Shown piece by piece: positions 57,626 to 61,274 of a stretch of 61,274 nucleotides of DNA. The DNA is from a virus (Duplodnaviria > Caudoviricetes). The stretch's first letter is position 1. Every line of letters begins with the position of its first letter. The notes beneath the pieces are model-generated. The model made no database searches and was not told the origin of the DNA. It worked only from the letters and a program-made list of their open reading frames with translations. Where the stretch lies: positions 1 through 61,274 of IMG/VR virus record IMGVR_UViG_3300025769_000007; one strand, given 5' to 3'. The position numbers and the translations under genes were made by a program.

Positions 57626-58063
57626 ATGGCATTAGCAGATAAAAAACACTCAGCAGTACATACAAGAACAGGAGACGCTAAGACAGCTCTTAAAAATAAA
57701 TTTGATGAAGGTCATATAAATACTTTATTAGATTTAGCAGATAACGAAATTAATCCTGAGTTTGGGGCTTTAGTATATCAAATACAACAAATGCAAGATG
57801 AATTAGACGAACTTAGAAGACATCTTCTAAATGATGTTGTAGGGCAAAGAGGTCCTGCAGGTGCACAAGGACCACAAGGACCACAAGGACCAGCTGGTAG
57901 TAACGGTGCTGCAGGAGCTAAAGGAGACAAGGGAGATACTGGAGCAACAGGTCCTGCGGGTACAACAGATGCATCACAATTAGATGCAAGTAGACTTCCA
58001 ACAAGAAGACCATCAAGTAGAGGTTTGCTATGGAACGATAGAGGTATAGTAAAAGTATCTTAG
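57626..58063 (+). CDS. Collagen-like fibre protein
   Basis: Coiled coil followed by GXY repeats (GQRGPAGAQGPQGPQGPAG...). Confidence 0.8.
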   Translation: MALADKKHSAVHTRTGDAKTALKNKFDEGHINTLLDLADNEINPEFGALVYQIQQMQDELDELRRHLLNDVVGQRGPAGAQGPQGPQGPAGSNGAAGAKGDKGDTGATGPAGTTDASQLDASRLPTRRPSSRGLLWNDRGIVKVS

Positions 58064-58084
58064 TATAATAATAGATAATTTTCA

Positions 58085-58092
58085 TATATTTG
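58085..58092 (+). promoter_or_regulatory. -7 promoter box TATATTTG
   Basis: Consensus match upstream of ORF 58121. Confidence 0.6.
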
Positions 58093-58120
58093 CAAACAAA
58101 CACATTAATTAAAAAATAAA

Positions 58121-58522
58121 ATGGCAACAGTAACACCTAAATTAACATTAACTAGTGCAGACCTATTATCTCAAAACTTGAATTTATCTGTATCTACTTC
58201 AATTACAGCATCTCACACAACAGGGATTGCTCGTGCACCTATCACTTCAACCGCTAAAGGAACAGCATCTGGACAGGTTACTCTATACACTGGAGATGAC
58301 TACGCAGCAATAGCTTACTTGTACGTTAAAAATACAAACTCTACAGCAGCAAATAAAATATACATATACGATGACACCTCAACTGGTGACCCTATATGGA
58401 TGCAGCTACAAGGTGGAGAGTTTGCTTTTGTCCCTATGCATGGTGATAAAACTTTAAAGGCTTACTCACCAGGAGGTAGTAACCCAATCGTAGAGTGGAT
58501 GGTATTTGGTACTGATCAATAA
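58121..58522 (+). CDS. Probable virion structural protein
   Basis: YLYVKN...LQGGEFAFVP beta-sandwich-like pattern. Confidence 0.6.
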   Translation: MATVTPKLTLTSADLLSQNLNLSVSTSITASHTTGIARAPITSTAKGTASGQVTLYTGDDYAAIAYLYVKNTNSTAANKIYIYDDTSTGDPIWMQLQGGEFAFVPMHGDKTLKAYSPGGSNPIVEWMVFGTDQ

Positions 58523-58524
58523 GA

Positions 58525-58893
58525 TCAAGACCTCTTCCTTTGCTCACTCTTAATCTTCTTACACCCCTCACATCGACAACCGTTTCTATACGCTGTCGTT
58601 GAGGGGCAAGACCTTGATTTACCTGCCCTGGCAGCCCTGTAGTTACAACTCTTGTGAGAGAAAGCTATGTTGTCAATATCAAAAAACAAACCCCTAGGAT
58701 CTTCTGAGTGAAGCCAAGGGGTTTTATGTTCTACAGTGAAGTCATCACACGACTCTATTTCAGCACCACACTGATAACACCAGTGCATATCTAATCTCTT
58801 CGCAAACTCAAACAATAAGTTCTTCTTTAACCTGTTTGAAGCAGTGCCAGGATCCATACCCAACTGCTTAGTCTTCTCTTGCTTAATTCCCAA
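58525..58893 (-). CDS. HNH endonuclease
   Basis: CYQC...EHKTPW...NIAFSHKSCN and C-terminal YRNGCRCEGC. Confidence 0.8.
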   Translation of the reverse strand: MGIKQEKTKQLGMDPGTASNRLKKNLLFEFAKRLDMHWCYQCGAEIESCDDFTVEHKTPWLHSEDPRGLFFDIDNIAFSHKSCNYRAARAGKSRSCPSTTAYRNGCRCEGCKKIKSEQRKRS

Positions 58894-58895
58894 AA

Positions 58896-59081
58896 TTAAA
58901 AGATTGGTTCGTCCAAGTCCGTAACACTTAACTCTATCAACTCACCCGACATAGACTGAATTACTACAACGTAATGAGAGTCGCCAACGTAAAATCCAGA
59001 AGCCATAATGTGAGATTCACCATCTTTTGACACAGCAGCACCGCATACATTTTCAAACATAGATTTTTGATTTTTTTGCAA
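58896..59081 (-). CDS. Hypothetical protein
   Basis: 61-aa ORF co-oriented with the HNH gene; start may be 59060. Confidence 0.5.
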   Translation of the reverse strand: MQKNQKSMFENVCGAAVSKDGESHIMASGFYVGDSHYVVVIQSMSGELIELSVTDLDEPIF

Positions 59082-59481
59082 TATATAATTTTTTCTGAGA
59101 AATAAAAAGGGTGGGGGTTATATATGTAATCTGTGAGTGTGTTCCATACACCGAAACCCGAATCCCGAAACGGGGTACCCAAACTAAAATACAATGCATG
59201 CATTCTAAATGTCGTTTTCTATTTTCAGTCTGTTAGGCTAACTATCATCAGCTATGCTATCTGTCAGTACTAAGAATCCTAAACATTGTCTTATATGCTC
59301 CCTAAGATACCCCAAACGGAACGTATCGCAGTAACTATTACAAGGAAAGGAGCTGAAAGAGGTGGTGTAATATCCCCAATAAACAACCCAACCCCCAAGA
59401 TATACAAACAACACAAAAAAAAGTTTACCCTCTCAATCCCTTGCTATCAGTACGTTTGCAATATTTGTTGTAACATTTAAT

Positions 59482-59523
59482 GTAAAATAATTTGACACGT
59501 ATTGTTTTTTATTCGTACATTTG
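59482..59523 (+). promoter_or_regulatory. Major early promoter (-33 TTTG / -7 TACATTTG)
   Basis: TTTG at 59491-59494, TACATTTG at 59516-59523, GTAAAATAATTTGAC overlapping the -33 box. Confidence 0.75.
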
Positions 59524-59550
59524 TCCCAACAATGATTCAATATCGTTGTC

Positions 59551-59561
59551 GTTCTTTAACA
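59551..59561 (+). promoter_or_regulatory. boxA-like antitermination element
   Basis: GTTCTTTAACA fits boxA consensus GYTCTTTAANA and follows a hairpin ACAATGAT/ATCGTTGT. Confidence 0.6.
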
Positions 59562-60080
59562 TACTGATTCAGATATAGCACACGTGATGGTTGTGGCAAC
59601 GTCCCTAGGGATTAGCAGTAAGACCACGTTAACCTAGTGTAGCATCTGACTATCAAGTCTCTTTCGAGGGTGTTGAGATAGCATATCAGTAATAGACCTT
59701 TAGCTTGATTGAGGGTCGTAAGTCTTAGTCACGATACGTGGCAGTAGCATTGCCTACCTAAACGTATTAGAGCAATAATTCAATCAGCGTTTGTCAGTAT
59801 CGAATCAACTGAACGGAAACCACTGCCGACAACCAAGTGGGCTTGGATAGACCAATAGGCTATCATCAAGTTAGGTAAAGCACCATAGGGGATGTAAGAA
59901 ATCCGTACCGATTAATATGGGAAGTCTATCAGAGGGGATACTGATGATAGGTGGTAAGCAATTGAAGTGCCACCTTGATAGGTATGAAACTAAGTGGCAG
60001 TTAGTTTGAAGCAAGATAGACACCACGCCTTTGTGTGTTAAGGCGTGACTAATAACAACACACAAACTCCTTTTGATTTG

Positions 60081-60105
60081 GTGGGGGAAGTTTCCCCCAT
60101 CTTTT
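60081..60105 (+). terminator. Intrinsic terminator whose U-tract overlaps the twister P1 stem
   Basis: GTGGGGGAA-GT-TTCCCCCAT followed by CTTTT. Confidence 0.7.
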
Positions 60106-60153
60106 AAAGCTACCTAAGGCAGTTACAAGTCTGCATAAAAGCTGAGTAGAGGA
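60100..60153 (+). ncRNA. Twister self-cleaving ribozyme (type P1)
   Basis: TCTTT TAA AGC TACC TAAG GCAG TTACAAGT CTGC ATAAAA GCT GAGTA GAGGA: P1, P2, P4, conserved UAA and both pseudoknots present. Confidence 0.85.
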
Positions 60154-60194
60154 AACAAATCAATAAACTAATCATTAATCTTAAATTATTTACT

Positions 60195-60530
60195 ATGGAA
60201 AGTGTAAGAGAATTACTAAATGAACTGAATACATATTCAGTAAAGGATGCAAACGCAATCAATAAAAAGGTACTATTTAAAAATGGTATTGAAGTAACGT
60301 ATCATGTCAAGAATAATTTGCAAAATGAAGATATGGTATTCCAAGCAGTACTTGTTATATCTTACAAGAATAGTGAGCCTATCGTATGGGGATGCACCAC
60401 AAATGAGGATAACTACCAAGTGGTTAGATGGTTTGAGAGGAAAGATGCTGGTATGCTTCAAAAGAAGAACAAGCAGAGAGAGACAGACACTCGAATATTA
60501 GCATCACTAATTGATGTATCGAAGTTATAA
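60195..60530 (+). CDS. First early hypothetical protein
   Basis: 111-aa ORF with ACTATG start, downstream of the ribozyme. Confidence 0.75.
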   Translation: MESVRELLNELNTYSVKDANAINKKVLFKNGIEVTYHVKNNLQNEDMVFQAVLVISYKNSEPIVWGCTTNEDNYQVVRWFERKDAGMLQKKNKQRETDTRILASLIDVSKL

Positions 60531-60535
60531 AAAAT

Positions 60536-60556
60536 GGGGGGAAAAATCCCCCCTTA
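60536..60556 (+). terminator. Hairpin / weak terminator
   Basis: GGGGGGA-AAAA-TCCCCCC-TT. Confidence 0.5.
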
Positions 60557-60575
60557 ACCTTAACAATTAGAAACT

Positions 60576-60836
60576 ATGAAATCAAACGAGAAATTAGCAC
60601 AAAAAATGTACAATGAAATATGGGACATATATAATACCTATGGTGGGTATGACTATAACGATAGTATGTTATGTCAAGCACAAGGCTCATCAGATGCCTT
60701 TGATTATTGGATATATGAAAAGGATGAAGACTGGGGTAACTTGGTTAAAGAATTGACACCATGCTTGGAGTATATGCGACACATCAAGAAGATACGAATA
60801 CTACAAGAGAGTATCCCACAACCTTTATATTGCTAA
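60576..60836 (+). CDS. Early hypothetical protein
   Basis: 86-aa ORF with TAACCTTAAcAATTAGAAACTATG leader. Confidence 0.7.
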   Translation: MKSNEKLAQKMYNEIWDIYNTYGGYDYNDSMLCQAQGSSDAFDYWIYEKDEDWGNLVKELTPCLEYMRHIKKIRILQESIPQPLYC

Positions 60837-60861
60837 ACATTAACCTTAAAAATTAGAAACT

Positions 60862-61035
60862 ATGAAAATTATTATTGAAGATAAATCAGGAAATTATTTA
60901 TGCTCTTTTAATGTTTACAATAATCATCATTATTATGATGATGATGTAGAAATAGATAGAGATAGTTTAAAAGATTGCAACACATCAGTAGATGAAAAAG
61001 GAAATGAAATCGTTAAAATACAAATAAATAAATAG
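60862..61035 (+). CDS. Early hypothetical protein (57 aa, not in ORF track)
   Basis: MKIIIEDKSG...QINK* with the same leader as 60576. Confidence 0.6.
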   Translation: MKIIIEDKSGNYLCSFNVYNNHHYYDDDVEIDRDSLKDCNTSVDEKGNEIVKIQINK

Positions 61036-61040
61036 AAACT

Positions 61041-61262
61041 ATGAGCAGTTACACAACAATAGGCTACTTGCAATCTAAGATGATTCGTATGCCTCTAAAC
61101 CTAAACACGAATTGGAACAACGACATCAATTCACTATCATCTGTCCAAGAGATTATCAACTATATTGATGACAATGGTACAACAGATGAGCATTGGCGAC
61201 TACTCCACGCTATCAAACAAATGGAAAAACTAAACAATACAGACAACCTATTAAACGACTAA
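61041..61262 (+). CDS. Early hypothetical protein (3' part duplicated at 1..115)
   Basis: 73-aa ORF with TAGAAACTATG leader. Confidence 0.65.
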   Translation: MSSYTTIGYLQSKMIRMPLNLNTNWNNDINSLSSVQEIINYIDDNGTTDEHWRLLHAIKQMEKLNNTDNLLND

Positions 61263-61274
61263 GACTAAAAAAAA
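61148..61274. repeat. Terminal direct repeat, copy 2
   Basis: Identical to 1..127. Confidence 0.95.

Larger units (their letters stand above)
59530..60105 (+). ncRNA. Large structured ncRNA candidate (about 570 nt, ROOL/GOLLD size class)
   Basis: No credible ORF, raised GC, more than ten helices, UUCG loop, 3' pseudoknot, bounded by promoter and terminator. Confidence 0.7.

Noticed and set aside
57866-57892. CAAGGACCA x3 tandem repeat
   Set aside because: Encodes collagen QGP repeats
59286-60065. ORFs 59286..59480 and 59871..60065
   Set aside because: Non-ATG starts, atypical composition, and overlap with the promoter/terminus region and the structured RNA
59530-60105. tRNA, tmRNA or group I/II intron
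   Set aside because: No cloverleaf or T-loop, no tag reading frame, no flanking exons and no recognisable intron core by eye

Overview
This window looks like a complete circular bacteriophage genome of about 61,147 bp: the first and last 127 nt are identical, which fits an assembly overlap. The host is most likely Bacteroidota (Flavobacteriia-type), based on TAnnTTTG promoters, A-rich leaders without Shine-Dalgarno sequences, signal peptides with Gln at +1 and a T9SS sorting domain. The + strand arm (about 59.5 kb through the origin to 12.5 kb) carries small early ORFs, Erf, an exonuclease, SSB, a replication initiator, DnaB, a resolvase and PhoH. The - strand arm (12.8-54.1 kb) is a crAss-like podovirus virion module with terminase, portal, scaffold, major capsid, ring/nozzle proteins, probable ejected proteins, GroES and lysis genes. 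A short + strand fibre block follows at 54.2-58.5 kb. I recognised no DNA polymerase, primase, RNA polymerase, integrase, tRNA or CRISPR array. Most interesting: (1) an RNA layer made of a boxA-led, highly structured RNA of about 570 nt followed directly by a twister ribozyme, a small RNA antisense to the initiator/early-gene leaders, and a repeat-hairpin RNA; (2) a 2612-aa probable ejected polyprotein with a SAM-lyase-like domain, a zincin HExxH domain and repeated I-[RK]-[FM]-Q linkers; (3) a secreted cassette (T9SS cargo, outer-membrane beta-barrel, CxxC-less thioredoxin fold) next to the lysis genes; (4) a split tail-nozzle gene whose N-terminus is fused to a K/R-free coiled coil. All family calls come from reading motifs by eye; no database search was run.
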